A stretch of 64,000 nt of DNA from an uncultured Flavobacteriales bacterium. Lineage in GTDB: Bacteria; Bacteroidota; Bacteroidia; Flavobacteriales_G; NORP312. Positions 42,885 through 51,034 of the stretch are shown here, one piece after another. The translations under genes and the position numbers were made by a program. Numbering within the stretch: the first letter of the stretch is position 1; each line of letters begins with the position of its first letter. The notes below the pieces were generated by a model, which did not search any database, was not told the origin of the DNA, and saw nothing but the letters and a program-made list of their open reading frames with translations. The stretch covers positions 3,306 through 67,305 of the forward strand of contig CAJQPE010000076.1 of NCBI GenBank assembly GCA_905480125.1. Reading direction: 5' to 3'.

Positions 42885-42905
42885 AGCTATAAAATCTTAA
42901 CTATT

Positions 42906-43694
42906 ATGAAAAAAACAGTACTTTCTATATTCGCATTAGCCGTATTCGCAATAATTTTAACATCTAGTTCTGGGGGTCGTACAGATGGGAGATCAGGATC
43001 TCCTGGTGATGCAAACCTAGATTGTGGACAATGTCATGGCGCTTCAACAGCTTCATCAACAAGCATGATAACAACTGACATCCCTGCTTCAGGTTATGTT
43101 GGCGGAAGCACATATAACGTTACTGTTTCCGTTGCAGAAACAGGCGCGAGCATGTTTGGATTTCAAATTACCGCAGAGCACTCTTCGAACGCGAAAGCAG
43201 GTACATTTGCTACAGGTGGAAACAGTGAGATTTATACCGTTACTGCTGACCACGCAGTTACTCATAATACATCAGGCACATTTGGCACTGATTCAAAAAG
43301 TTGGACCATGACCTGGACTGCACCATCTTCTGGTTCGGGCGATGTTACTTTTTATGTTGCCGGAAACGGTGCTAATGGCACGGGTGATGCAACAGGAGAT
43401 GTGATTTACACAGATTCACAAGCTGCTGCTGAAGATGTTGCCAATGGTATTGCGATAAATGAATTTGCTAATGCAGATGTAAATATTTATCCAAATCCTA
43501 CGTCCGACTACTTTACCATTAAAGGAGTTGACAAAAGGGCAACTATTACTTTATTTGACCTTAAAGGTTTTGAAGTAAAAAGCTTTGCAAATTCTGTAAA
43601 TCAATTTGACGTTTCGGATATAGAGCGAGGTACGTATCTATTATATATAAATATTGATGGTGCACCAACCCTTGAAAAGCTGATTATACAGTAA
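42906..43694 (+). CDS. Reeler-like (choice-of-anchor V) protein with CxxCH motif and T9SS type A sorting domain
   Basis: Signal peptide; GSPGD...CGQCH; Y..G.TY.VTV, FGFQITA, WTAP..GSG.VTFY.AGN; CTD IYPNP...G.Y...KLII. Confidence 0.82.
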   Translation: MKKTVLSIFALAVFAIILTSSSGGRTDGRSGSPGDANLDCGQCHGASTASSTSMITTDIPASGYVGGSTYNVTVSVAETGASMFGFQITAEHSSNAKAGTFATGGNSEIYTVTADHAVTHNTSGTFGTDSKSWTMTWTAPSSGSGDVTFYVAGNGANGTGDATGDVIYTDSQAAAEDVANGIAINEFANADVNIYPNPTSDYFTIKGVDKRATITLFDLKGFEVKSFANSVNQFDVSDIERGTYLLYINIDGAPTLEKLIIQ

Positions 43695-43710
43695 GTTAAA
43701 TTTACTTAAT

Positions 43711-44112
43711 ATGGGAAAGAGACTAATTGTACCTGTTGCTTTCTGCTTCATGATATTGTTCTCCTGTACTGCAGACAAATTGGAGCTTGAACCGCCTCCT
43801 ATTGTAATAATTGATACTGGAGGAGTTACCGACACTACAACTATAGACACAACAGGTTCAGATACGTGCAAATATTTAACCCATATTCAGCCCATTATTA
43901 ATCAAAATTGTGCATTTGCAGGTTGTCATTCAACTGGATTCGGCTCTGGCGATTTCACTGCTTACTCTGGCTTATTTGCCAAAATTGATAATGGCGGGCC
44001 ATTTGAAAATCGAGTGTTAATTCTTCAAGATATGCCTCCTGGCGGACCTCTTTCGGTATCCGACAGAGACTTGATACAATGTTGGCTCGATAATGGTGCA
44101 ACAAACAACTAA
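43711..44112 (+). CDS. Lipoprotein with planctomycete-type monoheme cytochrome c-like domain (CX4CH)
   Basis: Lipobox LFSC; IQPII..NCAFAGCH ... MPP...LS...I.CW...GA. Confidence 0.75.
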   Translation: MGKRLIVPVAFCFMILFSCTADKLELEPPPIVIIDTGGVTDTTTIDTTGSDTCKYLTHIQPIINQNCAFAGCHSTGFGSGDFTAYSGLFAKIDNGGPFENRVLILQDMPPGGPLSVSDRDLIQCWLDNGATNN

Positions 44113-44122
44113 AAATTAAATT

Positions 44123-44668
44123 ATGAAAACTATTCTAGCGATTTTATCATTTTCAATGGTAACTTTTTCAATTTCAGCTCAAGACCTATATGCGGTTACA
44201 GAATCTGAGATCCAATTTTATTCTGATTCGCCTTTGGAAAAAATTGAAGCCATTAACAAAAAAACGAAATCATTTTTCAAAATATCTACTAAAACATTAA
44301 TGTTTGTTATTCCTGTAATTTCGTTCAAATTTGAAAAGCCTTTAATGGAAGAGCACTTCAATGAAAATTATCTTGAGACTGAGAAATTTCCTACTGCTAA
44401 ATTCTCAGGGACAATTAATGAAGAACTCGACTACACAAAAAACGGAACTTATGATGCATCTGCAACTGGAAAACTAACAATCCACGGAGTTGAGCAAGAA
44501 AGATCAATTAATGGAACCATTACCGTAAAAGATAGTCAGTTAATTTTCGAAGGAAAGTTCCAAATTAAGCTTAAAGATCATGATATTGATATCCCATCCA
44601 TTGTTGTGAAAAATATTGCTGAAGTGGTTGATGTAACCGCTAAATTGGTTTACGAACCAAAAAAATAA
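44123..44668 (+). CDS. YceI family periplasmic polyisoprenoid-binding protein
   Basis: Signal peptide; F.S..PLE.IEA, LMEEHFNENYLET.KFP.A.F.G, GKLTIHGV. Confidence 0.9.
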   Translation: MKTILAILSFSMVTFSISAQDLYAVTESEIQFYSDSPLEKIEAINKKTKSFFKISTKTLMFVIPVISFKFEKPLMEEHFNENYLETEKFPTAKFSGTINEELDYTKNGTYDASATGKLTIHGVEQERSINGTITVKDSQLIFEGKFQIKLKDHDIDIPSIVVKNIAEVVDVTAKLVYEPKK

Positions 44669-44679
44669 ACATTTCATAT

Positions 44680-45603
44680 ATGTTGAAGATAAATTGTCTT
44701 TTAGCTTTCTTTCTTATTGCTTTTTCTCTGGTTTCATTTTCCCAGGATGATCTCATGGACATGTTAGAAGCCGAAGCGACCGAAGAATTAGGTAACGAAA
44801 AAGTACAAGCAACCTTTAAAACTCAGAGACTAATCAATTTACATTCTAATGAAACCGTAAAAAAAAAGACATTAGATTTTAGGGTTACGCATCGGTTTGG
44901 GAGTGTTGGACTATATAAAGCCCACGATTTATTCGGAATGGACAATGTAAACGATATTCGTATTTCTTTCGATTATGGAATTACTGAAAACTTGCAGGTA
45001 GGAATAGCTCGTAGTAAAAGACAAGAATTAATTGATGGGAGCTTTAAATTTAGACCTTTAACTCAAACAACAAACAATAAAATTCCCTTTTCTTTAGTCT
45101 TGCTTGGTCAAGTTGGTTTCACTCCTCAAAAAGATCCAGATAGCCTTTATTTAAAAACTGCGCATAGATTTAATTATACCTACCAACTTATAATTGCTCG
45201 GAAATTTGGGCCTAGTGTTTCTCTTGAAATTGCTCCTACTTTAACGCACCGAAACATTATTAGACGTTACGTTAATCCTGAAAATGAAGCAGAAGAACAA
45301 AACACAATATTTGCTTTAGGAGCAGGCGGTAGATTTAAAATCACGCAGCGTACTGCTATTTTAATCGACTACTTCTATGTTTTCTCACAATACAGGCAAA
45401 ATAATACAGCGACACCATTCTATAATCCGCTTGGTATTGGTATAGAAATAGAAACTGGCGGCCACGTATTTCATTTAGTTGCTACTAACGCAGCAGGTAT
45501 TGTTGCAGGGAATTATCTTCCCTACAATAATGAATCATGGAGAGGTTTAGGAATCAAAACAGGTTTTAATATTTCTCGAGTATTCAATGTAGGAAAACGG
45601 TAG
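44680..45603 (+). CDS. DUF5777 family outer-membrane beta-barrel protein
   Basis: Signal peptide; TFK..RLIN, DFRVTHRFG, LFGMD, IETGGHVF.L..TN, GFNISRVF. Confidence 0.82.
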   Translation: MLKINCLLAFFLIAFSLVSFSQDDLMDMLEAEATEELGNEKVQATFKTQRLINLHSNETVKKKTLDFRVTHRFGSVGLYKAHDLFGMDNVNDIRISFDYGITENLQVGIARSKRQELIDGSFKFRPLTQTTNNKIPFSLVLLGQVGFTPQKDPDSLYLKTAHRFNYTYQLIIARKFGPSVSLEIAPTLTHRNIIRRYVNPENEAEEQNTIFALGAGGRFKITQRTAILIDYFYVFSQYRQNNTATPFYNPLGIGIEIETGGHVFHLVATNAAGIVAGNYLPYNNESWRGLGIKTGFNISRVFNVGKR

Positions 45604-45612
45604 TTTTAAATC

Positions 45613-46326
45613 GTGAGTTTCGAACCGACATTTACTTCTAAAACTAGCTCAGAAGCTGTTATTATATATCACTCTTCTTCTATTGCTACTAATAATATTG
45701 CAATCATAATTATCTTGTTTACCATTTCTCTGATTGGGGTTGTTATAGCTACAGATAAAAACAAAATACGTTTAGTCTTCGAAGCTATTGTGAGTAATAG
45801 AAGTATGAACCAAAGCTTTAAGGACAAAACTGCTTTTGTCAGCAAGAGCACCTTAATACTTTTCGTGAATTACGTACTATGCTTTTCAATGCTCGTGTTT
45901 GCAGCAAATAACAAATACTTTTTTATCTCATGGAACTCATCAAAACTTATTCTCACTAGTTGCGGAATTATTATTGCACTATTTGTGATTAAGCGGGGTT
46001 CCATTCTATTCTTTGGAAAATTATCGGGGTTAAAAAATGAAGTTCAGGAATACCTATTTAATCATACCATTTTCACATTAGCAGCTGGAGTTTCTATAAT
46101 TCCGCTCCTTATCATCGTGAATTTTATTGATGTACATAGTCAGATAGTCATACAGTCTTCATTTGTATTTGTACTTCTTTTTATGATACTAAGACTTGTA
46201 AAATCGGCCACAACAGCAATTAAGCATAAAGTCGGTAGTTTATTCTACTTATTTTTGTACATTTGCACCCTTGAAATTTTACCGCTAGTCATCCTATACA
46301 AAGCTTTTCCAAGTAAAATAGGCTGA
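45613..46326 (+). CDS. DUF4271 family membrane protein
   Basis: Multi-TM, C-terminal YLFLYICTLEILP; sits directly before hemD. Confidence 0.78.
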   Translation: MSFEPTFTSKTSSEAVIIYHSSSIATNNIAIIIILFTISLIGVVIATDKNKIRLVFEAIVSNRSMNQSFKDKTAFVSKSTLILFVNYVLCFSMLVFAANNKYFFISWNSSKLILTSCGIIIALFVIKRGSILFFGKLSGLKNEVQEYLFNHTIFTLAAGVSIIPLLIIVNFIDVHSQIVIQSSFVFVLLFMILRLVKSATTAIKHKVGSLFYLFLYICTLEILPLVILYKAFPSKIG

Positions 46327-46379
46327 TTAAAGAGTGATTTCATTAAAATTCAAATATTAACTACCAAATTGGGGTATAG

Positions 46380-47132
46380 ATGAGTAAGGTAAAATCAATT
46401 TTAGTTTCTCAACCAAAACCAGAATCAGAAAGATCGCCTTATTTTGATTTAGCTGATAAACACAATCTAAAAATTGACTTCAGGCCTTTTATTCATGTAG
46501 AGGGAATTGGAGCGCAAGAATTTCGAAAAACTAGGATCAACATCCTCAAGCATGGTGCTGTAATTTTTACCAGTCGAAATGCTGTTGACCATTATTTTAG
46601 AATAGCAGAGGAGATGAGAGTAAGTATTCCTAGCACCATGAAATACTTTTGTTTGTCTGAATCTACTGCATTTTATTTACAGAAATACGTAGTATTTAGA
46701 AAACGGAAAATTTTTCACGGAAAAACAACTTTTAAGGACTTGTTGGATGTAATGAAAAAGCATAAAGATGAAAATTTTATTTTTCCTTGTTCTGATATTT
46801 TAAAAGCAGAGTATCCAAAATTACTAGAAGAAAATGGATTTAAATATTCAAAAGCAACCCTTTATAGGACCGTGTGCAGTGATCTTTCAGACTTAGCTGA
46901 AATAAAGTACGATATGCTTGTGTTTTTTAGTCCTTCTGGTATAAAATCATTATTCCAAAATTTTCCGCAGTTTGTGCAAAATGGAACTAAAATTGCGGCA
47001 TTTGGATCTACTACAACTAAAGCAGTTGAGCACCATGGACTTAGTTTAAATGTTCAAGCACCAACGCCTGAAACACCATCTATGACAATGGCTATTGAAA
47101 GGTTCATTAAGGCCTCTAACAAAAAGAAATAG
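46380..47132 (+). CDS. hemD: Uroporphyrinogen-III synthase (Bacteroidota type)
   Basis: ILVSQPKP..SPY, IDFRPFIHVEG, IFTSRNAVDHYF, LYRTVCSDLSDL, VFFSPSGI. Confidence 0.88.
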   Translation: MSKVKSILVSQPKPESERSPYFDLADKHNLKIDFRPFIHVEGIGAQEFRKTRINILKHGAVIFTSRNAVDHYFRIAEEMRVSIPSTMKYFCLSESTAFYLQKYVVFRKRKIFHGKTTFKDLLDVMKKHKDENFIFPCSDILKAEYPKLLEENGFKYSKATLYRTVCSDLSDLAEIKYDMLVFFSPSGIKSLFQNFPQFVQNGTKIAAFGSTTTKAVEHHGLSLNVQAPTPETPSMTMAIERFIKASNKKK

Positions 47133-47190
47133 ACTGAGAAAGGTAACGACTCGGTTACAATTCAGCTCCGCTCTACTCAATGCAATAGCA

Positions 47191-47604
47191 GTGACATCTA
47201 GTTTCAACAAAAGAGAAAAACTATCTAGCACAAAGGCTACTGAGTTTCTTTTCAATAATGGAAACTCATTTACCGAGTTTCCATTTCGAATCATTCATTC
47301 ACTTTATGAAATAGAAAGTGAATATCCCGTTCAGGTATTAATTACTGTCCCTAAAAAAAGATTCAATAAAGCAGTTGACCGAAACCGAATCAAAAGGCAA
47401 ATATCTGCGGCTTATCGGCTATCTAAATCTGAACTTTACAAAAACATTAGCAAGCTAAATCAAACATTAACAATTGCAATAGTTTACACAAGCTCAAAGC
47501 AAGAATCCTACGACAAAATCTGCTCTAAAATAATTTTATCTTTACAACGTTTAGCAAAGGCATACGAGCAAAAAAATGAGTTGGATTTTGATACAAATAA
47601 TTAA
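47191..47604 (+). CDS. rnpA: Ribonuclease P protein component
   Basis: [31 protein letters not shown] (RNR motif). GTG start at 47191 avoids the overlap with hemD. Confidence 0.9.
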   Translation: MTSSFNKREKLSSTKATEFLFNNGNSFTEFPFRIIHSLYEIESEYPVQVLITVPKKRFNKAVDRNRIKRQISAAYRLSKSELYKNISKLNQTLTIAIVYTSSKQESYDKICSKIILSLQRLAKAYEQKNELDFDTNN

Positions 47605-47785
47605 GTTTTATCAAGCTGCCCTGTCACCGCTTCTTCCTGCTACTTGCCGCTATACGCCAACTTGCTCTGAATATGGTATTCAGGCAATTAAAAAACATGG
47701 CACATTAAAAGGATTATATTTAACAATTAAAAGAATCGGATCTTGTCACCCTTTTGGAGGTAATGGATATGATCCTGTTCCATAA
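47576..47785 (+). CDS. yidD: Membrane protein insertion efficiency factor YidD
   Basis: [34 protein letters not shown]. Confidence 0.95.
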   Translation: MSWILIQIIKFYQAALSPLLPATCRYTPTCSEYGIQAIKKHGTLKGLYLTIKRIGSCHPFGGNGYDPVP

Positions 47786-47794
47786 ATAATTATA

Positions 47795-49462
47795 ATGAAA
47801 AGAATAAAACTTTTACTAATAATTGCTATAACTGCAGTTATCTCTATAGTATCATTCAATTTTACCGATGGTTATTTCGAGCACTCTAAAAACATAGATA
47901 TTTTCACTACCCTATATGGAAAATTAAATGTTTACTATGTTGATGATACTGAGCCAGGAAAATTGATGAAAACTGGTATCGATGCGATGCTCAAATCACT
48001 CGATCCATATACGGTTTACTACCCAGAATCTGATATTGAAGATTACCGATTTATGACTACTGGTCAATATGGCGGAATCGGCTCATTGATTACTAAAAAA
48101 GATAGTTTTGTAGTCATTTCTGAACCTTACGAAGGTTTTGCTGCACAAAAAGGAGGACTAATGGCAGGAGATGTTATCATAGAAGTTGACGGAAAATCAA
48201 CGCTTAACAAAACCACTAGTGAACTCAGTAAAATTTTAAAAGGAGAACCAGGCACTATGCTAGTCATGAAAATTCAAAGACCTGGGACAGAAGATATTCT
48301 TACTAAAGAAATAGTAAGAGAAGAAGTTACACTCGATGCGGTGCCTTATTTCGGGATGCTTGAAAACAACATTGGATACATCAAACTAAATACATTTACA
48401 GAAACTGCTAGCAGGGATGTAAAAGCTGCATTTAACACCTTAAAGGACTCTTTAGGAATGGAAACATTGGTTTTTGATCTAAGGGGAAACGGAGGAGGGT
48501 TACTTATAGAAGCGGTAGAAATTGTTAATATTTTTGTGCCCAAAGGTCAAGAAGTTGTCACCACAAGAGGTAAGATTACCGATTGGAATAAAACTTATAA
48601 TACACGAAATTCTCCTCTTGACGCCGAAATTCCATTAATTGTCTTAATTGATCCTTACTCAGCTTCTGCATCGGAAATTGTTTCGGGCACGCTGCAAGAT
48701 CTGGACAGAGCGGTAATTATTGGTCAAAATTCTTTCGGGAAAGGCCTTGTTCAGCAAACGATGCCCCTCAGCTATAACTCGAAACTTAAAGTAACTGTTG
48801 CCAAATACTATACCCCGAGTGGAAGATGTATTCAGCGATTAGACTATAATGACAAAGATGAGAAAGGAAAAGCAAAAGAAGTTGCTGATTCATCTATAAC
48901 TCAATTCGAAACTGTTAACGGAAGACCTGTTTTTGATGGAGCAGGCATTGAACCCGACCTTAAAGTAGAAGTAAATGAGTTGCCTCAAATTATTGGTAGT
49001 TTATTACGAAATACAATATTCTTTGATTATGCAACTAATTACAGGCTATCCCATGATTCGATTATTCCTGCTAAATTATTTTCTCTTTCAGATGAGGAAT
49101 ATAATGAATTTGTGAACTACACTAAATCAAAAGATTTTGAACATGAAACTCAAACGGAAAGAATTCTTGACGGGCTAAAAGAAGTTGCAAAAAACGAAAA
49201 ATGTACTGAAGCCACGATGAAACAAATTGAAGTATTAGAGAAGCAATTGGCTGCAGAAAAAGACAATGACATCATTAAGCATAAAAAAGAGCTGGAGCTC
49301 ATTTTAAGAAACGAAATAGTATCCCGATACTATTACCAGGCTGGGAGAATTGAGGCCAACTTAACTTCCGATGAGGAAATAAAAAAGGCGTTTGAAGTAT
49401 TATCAGATACAAGCATGTATAGGACTATTCTAAACGGCAGTTTTATGCCTGTAGCTGAGTAA
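47795..49462 (+). CDS. S41 family C-terminal processing peptidase (PDZ)
   Basis: LDPYT, GGIG, DLRGNGGGLL, SASASEIVSG, SFGKGLVQ, YYTPSGRCIQ. Confidence 0.93.
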   Translation: MKRIKLLLIIAITAVISIVSFNFTDGYFEHSKNIDIFTTLYGKLNVYYVDDTEPGKLMKTGIDAMLKSLDPYTVYYPESDIEDYRFMTTGQYGGIGSLITKKDSFVVISEPYEGFAAQKGGLMAGDVIIEVDGKSTLNKTTSELSKILKGEPGTMLVMKIQRPGTEDILTKEIVREEVTLDAVPYFGMLENNIGYIKLNTFTETASRDVKAAFNTLKDSLGMETLVFDLRGNGGGLLIEAVEIVNIFVPKGQEVVTTRGKITDWNKTYNTRNSPLDAEIPLIVLIDPYSASASEIVSGTLQDLDRAVIIGQNSFGKGLVQQTMPLSYNSKLKVTVAKYYTPSGRCIQRLDYNDKDEKGKAKEVADSSITQFETVNGRPVFDGAGIEPDLKVEVNELPQIIGSLLRNTIFFDYATNYRLSHDSIIPAKLFSLSDEEYNEFVNYTKSKDFEHETQTERILDGLKEVAKNEKCTEATMKQIEVLEKQLAAEKDNDIIKHKKELELILRNEIVSRYYYQAGRIEANLTSDEEIKKAFEVLSDTSMYRTILNGSFMPVAE

Positions 49463-49465
49463 TTC

Positions 49466-51034
49466 ATGTTCTCGGCGGGTTTTCATCGTTTAATATACCT
49501 TGTAGGTATAGCTATGTTATTAGTGGGTATGCCTTTAAGCCCTGCGATGATGAGTATTTCGCAATTCATATTACTCATAAACTGGATAGCGGAAGCAAAC
49601 TATAAAACAAAATTAGATACTCTAAAGCAAAACAAAAGCGTTCTGATGGTGCTCGGGTTATTTGCTCTGCATTTAATTTGGCTATTTAATACAACAGACT
49701 TTGTTTACGGGTTAAGTGATATAAAATTGAAGCTTCCACTGCTTATTATTCCATTTGTTTTAGGATCCGCAATCAAAATTTCAACTCAAGAATTAAATCG
49801 ATTTTTACTTCTTTTCATTAGTGGAATTATTGTGGCAAGCATCTGTTGCATATTCAAACTTTGGGGATGGATTGGGGAACCTATTGATGATATTAGAAAA
49901 ATGTCTTTTATCATTTCTCACATTCGTTTTGGGCTGATGATTTCATTGGCCATTTTTGCATCAGCTTTCTTAGTCATAAAAGGGGATTATCAACTCACTA
50001 GTAAATTTTTGCTTGGAACAGTTATATTGTGGCTATTGCTTTTCCTTATTATTATGAGCGCAATGACAGCCTTGTTAATTACCGGATTAATTAGTATCGG
50101 TGGAGTTATTATTGTCGCAAAAAAGAAAAGCTCAATTGCTGTTTTTACAGGAATATCAATTGCCTGTATATTTTCAATTGTTGGCTTTTTGTATTGGACT
50201 TCTTATCTCTACAATAAACAGTTCTCCTTGGTTGAAGAAGCAGACATCAGTAAGCTAGACAAAAAAACTGCTGAGGGAAATAATTACTATCACTCTCCTA
50301 ACTCTATTTCGATTGAAAATGGAATGTATGTCTACCACCATATTTGCGAAAATGAAATCGCAGAGTCATGGAAAATCAGATCTTCAATTCCTTGGAATGG
50401 AAAAAATACAAAAGGAAAAAATATTCAAGGTGCAATGTATCGATTCTTAACATCTAAGGGTTTGAGAAAAGACAAAGCAGGTATTAATGCACTTTCTGCT
50501 GAAGAAATCACCGCGATAGAAAATGGTGTAACCAGTATTGACCTCTTCAACAAAAGTGCTCTGTTTAAAAGAATTCACCAAACTATATGGGAATTGGGCA
50601 ATTATCGAATGGGTATTCCTGCAGGAGGAAACTCATTAACACAGCGTTTCGAATTTTGGAAAGCTGCACTAATTATTAGTAAAGAAAATTTGTTTTTTGG
50701 TGTAGGCACAGGTGATGTTAAACAAGCCTACATAGATCTCTACAACAAAGATGATTTTGGTCTAGGAACCAAATACCGCAAAAGAGCACACAACCAATAC
50801 CTTACGTTTTTAGTGACATTTGGACTATTTGGTTTTGCGTTCTTTCTTGTTTCTATAATTTATCCGTTTATGATAAAACAACATCCGCTATTTTATGTTT
50901 TTATAGCAATTGTACTCATTTCTTTCCTTAACGAAGACACATTAGAAAGCCAAGCAGGCGCAACTTTTTTTGCAGGGTTTTATGGATTGTTGTTAAGTGG
51001 GCGAGCAATCACTCCCAAAAATACACCCGTTTAA
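49466..51034 (+). CDS. O-antigen ligase (WaaL/Wzy_C) family membrane protein
   Basis: Multi-TM; SHIRF, S...R.EFWK, FGVGTGD, AHNQYL. Confidence 0.8.
   Translation: MFSAGFHRLIYLVGIAMLLVGMPLSPAMMSISQFILLINWIAEANYKTKLDTLKQNKSVLMVLGLFALHLIWLFNTTDFVYGLSDIKLKLPLLIIPFVLGSAIKISTQELNRFLLLFISGIIVASICCIFKLWGWIGEPIDDIRKMSFIISHIRFGLMISLAIFASAFLVIKGDYQLTSKFLLGTVILWLLLFLIIMSAMTALLITGLISIGGVIIVAKKKSSIAVFTGISIACIFSIVGFLYWTSYLYNKQFSLVEEADISKLDKKTAEGNNYYHSPNSISIENGMYVYHHICENEIAESWKIRSSIPWNGKNTKGKNIQGAMYRFLTSKGLRKDKAGINALSAEEITAIENGVTSIDLFNKSALFKRIHQTIWELGNYRMGIPAGGNSLTQRFEFWKAALIISKENLFFGVGTGDVKQAYIDLYNKDDFGLGTKYRKRAHNQYLTFLVTFGLFGFAFFLVSIIYPFMIKQHPLFYVFIAIVLISFLNEDTLESQAGATFFAGFYGLLLSGRAITPKNTPV

Noticed and set aside
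47095-47190. N-terminal extension of RnpA overlapping hemD, and similar extensions of topA, the bEBP, gcdH and the Reeler gene in the ORF track
   Set aside because: Longest-ORF artefacts; family-typical N-termini, and in several cases -7 elements, point to downstream starts.
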